DNA of 64,000 nucleotides from Pocillopora damicornis (Eukaryota): NCBI RefSeq assembly GCF_003704095.1, contig NW_020844218.1, positions 186,001 to 250,000 of the forward strand, read 5' to 3'. Shown piece by piece: positions 12,086 to 33,443 of this stretch (position 1 is its first letter; each line of letters starts with the position of its first letter). The notes under the pieces were generated by a model. It saw only the letters and a program-made list of their open reading frames with translations, ran no database searches and was not told where the DNA came from. The position numbers and the translations under genes were made by a program.

Positions 12086-12837
12086 AGGCTTGAGGATATG
12101 CATTGGTACGCAACACGTGTGTGCCTAAACAATATAAAAAGTTGCGAGCTTCTTTTTCAACCACGCATATCCTAATCCACGGCTCTCTTGAACCATTTTA
12201 AAATTGGTGTAATTTTTTTTCTGAATCCAAAGTTTGATGAACACATTAGAAAATAATGATACCATTTAATCCCATTTGATGTTCATTATGGTATATAGAT
12301 AACTCAGTTGTATATTTAGGTTGGGATGATTTTGCGGAATGGTGAATGTAGTTTATTAAGAACATGGTAAAATTACTTGTACCAATGTTGATAAAATTAC
12401 TGTAGAACTACCGAACGATGTGAAAGTAATTTAATCAAGTAACATGGTTGTACCAGCTTATTAGATACTTGATCGATGAATAAGGACAGAATAGAGAAAG
12501 CAGTTGAAGAGTGAGTGTCTCCACTAAGTGAATACATAACAGTGAAAATAGTCAGGACTCAGACTTAGTTGAGGCAAAAATTACCAGAAATAACTCAGCA
12601 ATCTAAAGATGTGACGAGCAGCTGAAATAATGAGATCGAAAGACCTTGCAACCGTTTGAATGTTAACTATAACCGCTTTTGTCATGGCGGACGGTGAGAA
12701 TTTCTCCTTTTGACACCGACTGATAACGTCATCATGTTTTTAGTGAGAGGGTTCACGGGAACGATTTGCTTAGACGTATTGCGGTCCTACAATTATGGTA
12801 AGAACTCTGGGAAAACGACAATGATGACGTTTTCAAA

Positions 12838-23016
<10,179 letters not shown>

Positions 23017-24420
23017 TATTCGGCTCAACCTCTTCACGAAGGGTAGTTATTGTTTGCGCAAGAATTAGAAGCAAAATGAGGTTGGCTTCGCCAAAGGCTG
23101 ATTTTTGGAGTGATTGTTCCAATCTCATTTCCATTGTGTCAAACTGTTCTCTTAAATTGACATACGTTTCTTCGTTCTTAAGAGTTCATGGATTGTGTGT
23201 TCGTTTCTCTTAACGCAGTGACCATGAATCCTCATTCTTCAGCAGCTTGTTGGGAGGCCTCGTGTCTCTTCTATCAGATTATCAGATCTGTAATTTTCAC
23301 AATAGTGAGCCAGGAAAGAGAGTAACATATTTCTTTATTCAGCATTTTTTTTTCTCCTTTCTCCTTTTTCTCTGAAAGAAAGACAAAGTCCACAGCAAAT
23401 TTTCGGAAAAACACAACAAAACGTTTAAAAAATTTAACATACGACCGAAGAAAAGATACAGATTTTGCACTATATTCTGGTCAGTGTCCGGTTAACAATT
23501 CAAGAATTAGCTTTGATTTTTTTGATGGAATTTATTTAGCGAACGTCAGAGACTTCATTCTCTATAAGAGGCATGATTATTTATACAGAGTAAAGAACTT
23601 TATTAATATCTTGATATAAAATTGTAGATTGTGTCAATAAAATGTGATATATCTACGTTGTCGTGAAACATCTGGAATATAGTGCATAGGACAGCTCTAA
23701 TACAACCCTTTGACAACTTCTCTTCAACCTTTAGCAGTCCCTCTGGCCTCAGAACTTAGTGTTTCGTAAATAACACGAACGGAATTTTAATTAAGTTCAT
23801 TTCGTTCGGTCTGTACCGGCGACCTTTATCAAGATTCTCCCAAACAGCCATGCTACACGGTTATCAAGGGGTAAAGATGCCTAAAATGGTTCCTATATTC
23901 CATAATAGTTATGCTAAATGTTAGTTCAAAGATTAGCCATTCCTTTGTTCGTTTCACGTATTTTATTAATTATGATAAATTTACACGTATTACACGCGAG
24001 TATGAAAGCAAAGAGCTGAATAAAAGTTTCAATTCCCTTAAACAGCAATGTCTAGAGAGGTACACAAATGACTAGTTGAAACTGACGTGTTCAAAGTGCG
24101 CATCACCATATGAAAATAAAACAAAGACTAGAAACTCAAGAGCAGTAACTCGTGGCATCGTGACAAGAAATATAAAAAAGAATCATATGCTACATCCATA
24201 TTCTTATTCTATGCCCTAAATTCCATATTGTGGCTACTTTTCACGTGTTCATTTTACCATAGAGCTCAAAGGCCGATGCGTTTTTCTTTGCGATTAGATG
24301 TCGGTTACCGAAGAAAAGAAAAAAATATTCCTAAACTTCTGGTATTGACGTTTTGATCCGTACTAATAATAAAATAATCAATATTAAAACATAAATAAAA
24401 TTAAATGCAGGTTATACAGC

Positions 24421-25479
24421 TCACCATGGGCGTAGGGAGCTGATGAAGAATTCAGTAAAAACAAATCGTAAACCTAATTTGGGATTGTCTGTGGCAAAGT
24501 AAGAAACGATCTCCTTGTCTGTCTTATTTTTTGAGAACAAGTAATTGATGTCATCTGCAAGGGTCTTGGCGAGGGCGTAACCATCCTCTGGGAATGGAGT
24601 TTCAGAGTCGCTGACGGAAACCACTTTTGCCTTGATCTGGTCCAAGGTCTTGTTCAGGACGTATCCCTGAATTGCGTAATCCAGTGACTTTTGGTAGCTG
24701 TCGAAATTTCCGGAGATCTTCTCCCATGTTGCAGCCATTGTGGTCAGCTGAGTATAGCTCTTAGCTGGGAGCCCTGCATCTTTAACAATCTCATCTAATG
24801 CTGTTGTCATGGCCGTCTGGAACTTCGTAACTTGCTTCTGCTTCTTGTTAACCTCATCGATTGCGTCATCGAGCTTCTCCAATGTCCAGACTCCCAGTCC
24901 TATTGTAGTGGCAAGGCCTGCTATTCCGAACACGATCCCAGCGATATTTAGACCATTTATGGCTTTAGTGAGCTTTGGAGTTTCTGTAAATGAACTTTCG
25001 GGCTCTACCACGGCGGGAGGCTCGACGCCGTCAAGAGGAACGTACTCGAAGGGATCCTCCACTGGTTCTGTGGGCTCCTCCCCTTTAGCTTTGCGATTAC
25101 GAAAGTAACGGACAATTTGAAGCACTCCCGCGCCCAGTCCTGCCGCATCTCCAGCGTAGCCCATCACTTGAGCCACTGTTTTAAAGGCTGATTCAGCACT
25201 GGTATCTGAGATGCCGGTTGTGATGTCCTTCTCCACTTTGTCAAGGAAGTCGCTTGGCAGTTTGTCTAAGGCCTTCTTTACACGATCAAGGTTAACAGCG
25301 ACCATGTAGTAGATATGATCGTACATGTTGCCGGCTGCGGTGACATCTTTGCTTAGTTTGTCTGCTTTTTTGTTCAGATCATCCATTTTGTTTTGTTCAG
25401 CGACACCAAAACCGATGCCGGCTCCGATGTTTCCCAATCCAAGAGCGACGTTAGTAAGTGCAAGAGCGACTCCAGCCAT
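24421..25479 (-). CDS. Uncharacterised 352-aa alpha-helical protein with Gly-rich hydrophobic segments (paralog L); candidate pore-forming-like effector
   Basis: Intronless ORF; ATG at 25479 (aagATGG) aligns with the paralog's start; TATAAATA about 75-80 bp upstream; collinear with 27194-28252. Confidence 0.88.
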   Translation of the reverse strand: MAGVALALTNVALGLGNIGAGIGFGVAEQNKMDDLNKKADKLSKDVTAAGNMYDHIYYMVAVNLDRVKKALDKLPSDFLDKVEKDITTGISDTSAESAFKTVAQVMGYAGDAAGLGAGVLQIVRYFRNRKAKGEEPTEPVEDPFEYVPLDGVEPPAVVEPESSFTETPKLTKAINGLNIAGIVFGIAGLATTIGLGVWTLEKLDDAIDEVNKKQKQVTKFQTAMTTALDEIVKDAGLPAKSYTQLTTMAATWEKISGNFDSYQKSLDYAIQGYVLNKTLDQIKAKVVSVSDSETPFPEDGYALAKTLADDINYLFSKNKTDKEIVSYFATDNPKLGLRFVFTEFFISSLRPW

Positions 25480-27193
25480 CTTTTCGTAATTATCTGTTCT
25501 GAAATTGTTTGTACTCCAAATCAAAGTGCGACTCTTTTGATAAAAACTCGCTCTATTTATAATTACAACTCGATGTGCATAAATGAATTATTCAGCGAAT
25601 GACGTCATTAATTTCCTCCAAACGTGACCTCAAACTTTGTGTTAACACTTTTAGTAGAAAGTGAACTTCTCTTGTGTTACACAATGCTCTAAAATTCGCT
25701 GATGATAAGCTATCATTTTTTCACTCACATTTGGCAATAATAAGATATATTTTCTGGTCTTATTTTTCCGCTTGTTGACGACGTGACTTAAAAAGGACGC
25801 CATAATACGTGCCGCCATGCAAATTTTCTGTTGTAAATAGATCGACGTCACCTCTAGGGACTGATGTATGACGTAAAGGAAGTAAACAATCACTGATCGT
25901 GACTTTTGCTTCATGTCGTGCCTTTCTCTGAAATTCGAAATGTTTGTTTCACGTATTACAGGCGGGCCAACTTATTAATTCGTTGTCTTTCAAGACAAAC
26001 TAAAAGAAACATGAAGAAATGTCAGGCGGTTATTATACAGTCATGCGACTAAACGTGATGTTAGGTTTTGTTTTGCTTTTTTTGCCTCTCTGAGCAATTC
26101 AGAAACAACTTGTCACCGACTCGTTTTCTACCTTTGGCTTTATTCAACTGACTTGCACAAATTTTAAGTTAACTTCTCTGAGTAAAATCTTTTGATATTT
26201 AAAAATCCCCCAGTTTTCACACAGGCCTTCAAAAGCGTCACATTAACTCAAACTGTTTTTCTATGGACAAGCCAGGTAATAAAATTCACGCGTGTAACAC
26301 GGAACGATAGTTATTTCTTGTCTTGAACACATTCGATAAATAGTCAGCAAAAGCTAAGGTTCATTTGCAGACGTGACAATACCGACCTAACGACGGATGT
26401 TATTGGCTTACATTTCAAAAACTCGCGGTATTTACATAATCCTTGTCGTCACGTCGTCACGTCACCTTGGCGGTAACGTTACAAATGATTTCCATAAATT
26501 CCGGAAACCCTAGAAGCGACGTGACCACGTGGCGAAAATTGCTCACTCATGCGGATTATAGAAATATGAGATCAGGGATATTTCATGTTACTAACCGGAT
26601 ATTGCCCTGTTCGTGACAATATATCAATTCACAATTGCTGGTAAACTCTCAAGAATTATCCTTTCTCAAAATTAAATATGTAATTGCATTTATTGTAAAA
26701 AGAAATAATATGGAAATCCTAAGTGATGGAATTGCGGCGAACTGACGTTCTAGACGGCATTTAGTCGGACAAGTTACTCTGAGTTTGTCGACGTGAACAA
26801 CCTTTCTTTGCTGGTGCTATTGTTGCATACGGTGACGTCATTTAAATTATTTCCTATGCGTTTAGGAAATCAAGCCTAAGCCTAAAGCACGTGTTTACGG
26901 TAAAACATGGACTATCCCTGACACTTTCTATCGTGGTTCCTATAATCTGCTAAGTACTGGTCAACAGATTTACCACGAGATGTCGGTGAGGTCAGCGAAA
27001 AGTTAATTTCCTTTGAAATTACCGATACACTTGTAACCCTAAAGCGACGTGACGCCGTGACGACAATTGTCCACTCATGGTGATAAACAATGAATATGCA
27101 AATACAGCGAGTTTTTATTTAAGATGTTAGCCAACAGAATTTGTCGCTAGTTTTCGTTCATCACCCACAACAGACGTTCTAGCAGGAGCAAAG
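25480..27193. promoter_or_regulatory. Divergent promoter region with repeated ACGT-core modules
   Basis: TGACGTCA at 25600 and 26833, CACGTG at 26526 and 26888, many GACGTGAC; element AAATAnnGCGAGTTTTT upstream of both genes plus a third copy at 26417-26433. Confidence 0.7.
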
Positions 27194-28252
27194 ATGGCAG
27201 AACTCAGTATTGGGCTCGGGAAAGTTTTGCTCGGTCTAGGAAATATTGGAGCAGGCGTTGGGTTTGGCGTCGCCGAGAAAGAAAAGATGAACGAATTAGA
27301 CAGCAAAGCGAAAAAGCTTAAACAAGATGTAGACAAAGCCAGCGACCTCTACGATGAAGTGTACTATCGGGTCGCTGTTAATCTGGACCGCGTCAAGAAA
27401 GCTCTCGACAAACTACCCAGCGACTTCTTAGACAAGGTCAACGAGCAAATTGCTAAGGATACTTCAGCTTCTAATGCTGAACAGGCAGTGACCACTTTGG
27501 GGAAAGTATTTGGCTATACCAAAAACACCTTGAAAGTGGCATCCGGATTACTTCAGATTGTCCGCTACTGTCGTCAAAGTAAGGCTGAAGGTGACGAGCC
27601 CACTACAGAGCCTCTCCCAGATCCTTTTGAACCCGTACCATTGAATGGCGAGGAACCGCCAGTCGTCCCCGAGGCCGAAAGTTCGTTTTCCAGCACTCCC
27701 ACGCTCGACAAAATAATTACAGGTCTCAATATCGCTGGTATCGTGTTTGGACTGGCAGGCCTTGCCACTACAATTGGACTGGGAGTCTGGACTCTGGATA
27801 ATTTGGATAAAGCAATTAATGATGTCGACAAAAAGCAGAAGCAAATAAAACAGTATCAGAAGGCTATGACGGCAGCCCTGAATCAGATCGCAGCGGAGGC
27901 AGGTCTACCACCGAATAGTTACACTCAACTGACATCCTTAGCTGCTACATGGGAGGAGATTTCTGCAGAATTTGATAGCTACCAAAAGGTCCTGAACTAT
28001 GCAGTCCAAGGATATTTCCAGGATAGGCCACTTAAAGACATCAAGGCAAAGGTTAACGCTGAAAGCGACCCGGGAACATCATTTCCGGATGATGGGTATC
28101 CACTCGCCGAGACCTTGGCAGATGACATCCGGCAGTTGTTCCAACAGGGCAAGACAGACAAAGAGATCGTTAGTTATTTTGCAAATGATAATCCAAACAT
28201 AAGTCAAAGGTTTGTGTTCGAGGAATATTTCATAAGTACACTGCGAAAGTGA
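27194..28252 (+). CDS. Uncharacterised 352-aa alpha-helical protein with Gly-rich hydrophobic segments (paralog R); candidate pore-forming-like effector
   Basis: Intronless ORF, aagATGG start; N-terminal LGLGNIGAGVGFGVA, coiled-coil-like runs, Pro/Glu linker, TM-like GLNIAGIVFGLAGLATTIGLGVWTL; roughly 60% identical to paralog L by eye. Confidence 0.9.
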   Translation: MAELSIGLGKVLLGLGNIGAGVGFGVAEKEKMNELDSKAKKLKQDVDKASDLYDEVYYRVAVNLDRVKKALDKLPSDFLDKVNEQIAKDTSASNAEQAVTTLGKVFGYTKNTLKVASGLLQIVRYCRQSKAEGDEPTTEPLPDPFEPVPLNGEEPPVVPEAESSFSSTPTLDKIITGLNIAGIVFGLAGLATTIGLGVWTLDNLDKAINDVDKKQKQIKQYQKAMTAALNQIAAEAGLPPNSYTQLTSLAATWEEISAEFDSYQKVLNYAVQGYFQDRPLKDIKAKVNAESDPGTSFPDDGYPLAETLADDIRQLFQQGKTDKEIVSYFANDNPNISQRFVFEEYFISTLRK

Positions 28253-29844
28253 TAAAGTAAAACCTTAATTTAAGATTTGCGAACAAAATGTCAATATCGA
28301 AATTAGAAACACTTTCCTGTTAAAAACTTATTGCTACAATCAGATTGATTTTCAAAAAGACTCTATATCTAGACTACTATATCTAGTATACATAGTCTCT
28401 TTTTTATAATAGCGAGTTATGTAAGTCTTTATATCGTGTACAGTTCTAGGGTATCGTTCAAAAGTCTCAAGTTTGTGAATTTACCAAAACTCAGGACCGC
28501 TGTTTCGGATACCGACACGTAGTTGGTGATTGATATATGCTGTCATAATAAGTGTAACAAGAATAAAAGGAATTTGATAAACAGGCGAGTATAGAATCAT
28601 TTACTCGGTTTTGTTATCGAAAAGGAATCCTTATATTTCCAACAAAAAATGTCCGACGTCGAATCAGCAAATAATCTTCTATTCCGTGAATTGTTTAAAT
28701 TGTCAATATTTTGGAAGGCGAGCTGATATTCACCTTGCTCAGAACGCAACTTCGACAAACTTCAAAAATTATCAGTTGGTGCGAATTTCGTCAAGTTTGT
28801 CTCGAGGAAATTTTCCTTTCACGTTGTATCCACTCGAGATGTAGAACTTATTATTAACGATGGCGAGCTGGAGTGACCATTAAGGTCAGTCTTGGACTCC
28901 CTGATGACATCCGGTCAAAAGTTAAGAAATTTTTTCTCTAGCAGACCAACCCTTTCCGCTTTCAATATTTTCGCTTCTCCAAGATAGAAGCCGGAGGTTA
29001 CCTTGTGTTGCTGCGGCATTCCCACTTAGTGATTTCTTTCCTTTTACGTTCCTAATTACATTTTTGTGTTTTTGCACGCACATTTTTCTTATTGTTTTCG
29101 CAAATCGGCGATTTGTATTCTGTTAGATTTTTCATAATTCCTCTTTGATCAGTTTCATTCGTAAAAATTTCTCAAAAAAATTGAACATTAGAGTATCAGA
29201 GTGCATTAGGTTAACATTGATTCCTTCACTGCGATCATTTTTTAGTTTTTCCGTCCCTCGTGCTCGCAAGTCACACGACGTTTGTAAGTGTCTTTCCTTG
29301 TCCGATTGTATTTCCTCTGTTGTTTTGCGTTTTCCTATTCCTTCTACTTCGTAATAACTTGTAATTATTTGTTCCTTTTAGCAACCACGATCAACCGTAA
29401 TGTAAATAAATTCTAAAGCGTTTACGTGTTGAAACCTGACTTTGTTGGCAGTCACACCATGCGTAGAATTCGGAAATGTTATGCATTCTGAAAATCCACT
29501 ATATCTAGATACCGAGTTTCGAGGTTCATATAACAGTTTGTTTCTTTCGGCTCCTAATGTCTCGTTAATGAATATATCTCTGCATTTTTCCTTTCGCTCC
29601 CGATTCCCGATCTAAAATAACAGACAATAAAAAGTTATTTTCATTAAAAATATAATTCGTAGTTTTACATTTAGAATGCACAGGTAGTATTTCAGTACGT
29701 AATCCTTTTATTGGCGTAAAGCTACATTAATAATGGAGGCTAACCCAAAATTTGACTTTGTACTTAATTGTTTTAGTACTTGAAGTTTAAAAACTGTAAA
29801 CAAATCGTCTACGTCAAAATGTTAAGGGAAATCTTAAATTTGAA

Positions 29845-32800
29845 CTATTTGGTGCAAACGACGCAAGTGAGTCCATGGCCACTTATGTAAGGTCCACATG
29901 GCAAAGCGTGACCGGTTCTCTGTACTAGATACAAAAGAGCCCCATTGGTGCCCCTATGACCTCCATCCACACCCTCCGCACCTTCGTCAGTGCACACGTA
30001 GTCACTGGAGTGGGCGTGGTTATAATGTGATGTCATCAGATGCCCCTTGTATTCTCTTGTCCAACCCGAAGGGCACTTGTTTGTTCCAGGTATCATTATT
30101 TGTGAGCCTCGTGTTCTAACATAACACGCAGCACATGGTGCGTCATGCTGGTCAAGGTTCTTAAGGTCTGGAAATGTTGAGGCTTGATATTCGGTGCCAT
30201 AGATTGCTGCTGTGTTTTGCCAACCATCAACAAACTCATCATAAATGGGATTGTTCACGGTAGTTGGTACCACCACCGGTATGAGTATAATAGCCGCTAC
30301 CCATAAATCCTTTTGCACAAGCTAAAGAAGACTCATAAACCTCTTAAAACTAACAGCTTGCTGAAATAAAAAATTTGGTTTACTGATAAAAAGTATTCCC
30401 GTTACGGCTCAGGAAGATTAAATCGAAAAAAGATAAAACAAACGTACAAACAACAAAACATCCACCAAGACAAAATGAACTGTCGCCACCCGGCGAAAAA
30501 TATCATTGAGATATTTGAAATGGCTTTCACCATCACCTGCAACATTCCTTTTCAGGACTGCTGAGTTACTCCTTAGTTCGGGCCAGGAGCAACGGGCTCC
30601 CGTTCGAGCCTCTTACTTTTTTGACTCGGTTAGAAAAGAACAACACAAACAAAATCAAAATGATAACATACGAGAGTCATTGCGGGTTAAATTATTCTTC
30701 ATTCACATAAAATGCTTTTTCTCCCCACCTGTGTACACCAGAGTAGCATTTCCAGAGTAGTTCTTTCGTCCCCAGCGGTTATAACTCACATCTGTCCTTA
30801 TTGTCCCTTTATTCCTTGAGGGCCTGGAGGTCCCTTGAGTCCAGTACTTCCCGTTCGACCAGTATCACTTGGTATCAAAGAAAATGAGATCGTAGTTTCA
30901 TGAAGGCAATAAGTACTGAAAATGAAGGTAGTTCAATTTAGTAAACGAAGTCTTAACAGCCTGGCACAGAAGTCGCCCTCAGAGGTAAATGTTTCATGTC
31001 TTCTGATGGTATGAGACATGTTGGTTGGATCAATTCCACTAGCCTGTGCAAAAGTTTTTCACGAAAAGTTTCATACACTGACTAAGTAATTACAATTAAC
31101 TTGAATTTTTCAAAGAGTGAGGAAATGAAGCCACCTTGAAACTGAACACTTGATTTAATCTACCTTTTTTTTTTTTAGTAAAATATCAGTAAAACACATA
31201 TAACCGAGGAGAGTTAAATTAACGATTTGAGAAAAGAAAAAGAAAGTGTTCAGGTATGAGTTTCTATTTTCCAGTGCGTTCTCTTTGGCCTTTGACAAGT
31301 TCATGTAACACCTTTGTAATGAATGACAAATTACTATTCATTTGCAAACTAAAAACCTTTGGGTCCCTTTAATCCTCTCGGTCCCGCGGGTCCTTCTCTT
31401 CCGTCCCTTCCATCCCGTCCTGAAATTGAATTTGTAATTTTAGACATTGCCATACAATATCTTTCACCCTATTAAAAAGCCATGCAGTTAGTTTAAGCAA
31501 TGTTAACCCTTTGACTCCTATGAGTGACCAAGACAGAATTTCCCCTACAATATCAATACAATATCAAGGAGACAGGAGATGAGAATAAAGAAAAATATCA
31601 ATTCAGTATGGGATCATTATAAGTTAATCCTATACCAAATTCTCCAAACTAACATCGCAAGAACTGTATGATTGACAGTAAAGAGAATTACTAATGAGAT
31701 CTTGGGAGTTAAAGGGTTATGAAATAATTTGAGACTTCAGAAATTATAATTTCGTTAAATTGGGAAGGAAATCATCTGCAACTAGAAGACAATCAATCAT
31801 CATTCAAGTTCGTCAATAGATATATTTAGCACTGTCCAGGGAGAGACTGCAAATCTGTCTTCAAACTCAAAATTATTTGAAAAAACTAACTAGCGGCTCC
31901 GGAGGGACCTGGCATGCCATCCCTTCCGTCTCGTCCTGTGGGAGATTGAAAGTGATACACCAAATTAAAATGTCAAAAAAACTCCACTCCTGCAAGGCTG
32001 AATGGACAAAAAAGACGTGTCAGTTGATAATCTCCAGAGAACAAAAATAAAAGGACCCAAAGGAAGAAATTAATAAATGCAAGTTATCTTTTTGTTACTG
32101 ATCTCTGAGGGAGGTGCGTTGTTGAAGTTCATTATTGAGGTGAACCGTTCTGTTGAGGAAAGGAGGAGGAAAATTAGCGGAATATTTTATCTATTCATCC
32201 CATCAACTGATTACCTTGGTTTCTTTCAAGTGTGCTCTTAAATGTTCAAAATCGCAATAAGTTTTACTGTATATCTTTGCAATAAAACGTCCTTTAAAAT
32301 CTCTAAATAAAAACCAAGAAAAAAGCTGCCAAATTTGGGCTGATAGAAGAAAAATATGACGAGAGTTAAGAGAGTTCAAATCCAGGCTCCATTAATCTTC
32401 ACTTTGGTACTTGATCTTTGTTTTTCTTTACCTTTCAGTGTTCCAAACATCTCTTTGCACTCTGGTTTTACTAGTCACTGACTACCGAGCCAGAATATAA
32501 GTAAAGAGATTAGAGTAGACGTAAAAGTAAACTATTTCTATTACTTGTAAGCTAGTTCAGCACAACTCTCGTGGACCTCTAGTGGATAACTAATGGCTCA
32601 GAGTAATGACATATGTTTTCAAGCCGTGACAGATTTCAAAATCTCTATTAATAGAAATGAAAGCCAAAAGAACATTTCTACGTACGAATTAGTATTGGAG
32701 ATTGATAAAAGGAAAGCTGATAAGACCGAAATCTGTGGCACTAATATAAAAAGTTGCATTGCATCACAGACCGATGAGAAGTCGAACGTTTTACCGTCTT

Positions 32801-33443
32801 TCTAACAGGGGTAAAAAAAAGGAAATCATGATCATATTTAATTCTGCAGTTACGACCTATTTGCTGATGTCCAGGTATTTTGCGATTCTTTAAAAGGGAA
32901 CCAAAATGGTTTTTAATTACCCAACCAAGCTCGTGATCTTTTCTCTGCTCGGCGCATCGTTATGTTATTGTAATCATTTGTAACGTTTTATTGAAATTTG
33001 TTTCAGTAAACGTATCCTGAAAAACAGAACTGCGGGTTTAGTTGAATGTTGTATAGCTCTATAGCAAAAAAATGTGTCTGTAGCACTAAATAAACTATGT
33101 TCTCTTCACGAGAATACCTTTTCTCAAGGGCGATTGGTCTTTTCGTTAGATCTGACAAACTAGTTGTCGCGTCAGAATTTCGCTTTTGTCTTGAGGAGCT
33201 GGGCAGTCCTCTCGTCTCAGTCTCTGACCAACTGTAGTTGTTACGTTCTTTTGCAATCTCGTTGAGTTTCATCTCAACTGATGCAAGTCGCCTTTCCATC
33301 GAGATTAAAGTAAAGAACTAAAATGTCACACACGCGATTAGACCTACCATGAGAACTATGAGCGTGAAACAGCCCAGTTTGCCCAAACGAAAACATCGAG
33401 TGCGTCTCGCAGTTTTCTCTGACTTTTGCTCCATTACACCCAT
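29845..33443 (-). pseudogene. Short-chain collagen C4-like gene (type II TM, furin site, Gly-X-Y exons, Cys-rich C-terminal domain), disabled
   Basis: Exon 1 has TM segment and RQKR; collagen exons 31891-31935 (GRDGRDGMPGPSG) and 31357-31419 (GRDGRDGREGPAGPRGLKGPK); RWGR motif near 30770; terminal HDAPCAACY...MIPGTNKCPSGWTREYKGHLM...LTCVVCTK. In-frame stops at 33318-33320 and 30798-30800, frameshifts near 30790 and 30260. Confidence 0.85.
31503..31720. mobile_element. piggyBac-like MITE in collagen pseudogene intron
   Basis: ttaaccctttgactcc...gggagttaaagggtta; same family as 2166-2374. Confidence 0.75.

Noticed and set aside
25480-25524. 15-aa extension of paralog L in the ORF track
   Set aside because: Non-ATG start; ATG 25479 aligns with the paralog and gives identical length.
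28110-28185. LADDIRQLFQQGKTDKEIVSYF resembles the CcmH helical motif
   Set aside because: No CxxC or other CcmH features; generic helix-turn-helix similarity.
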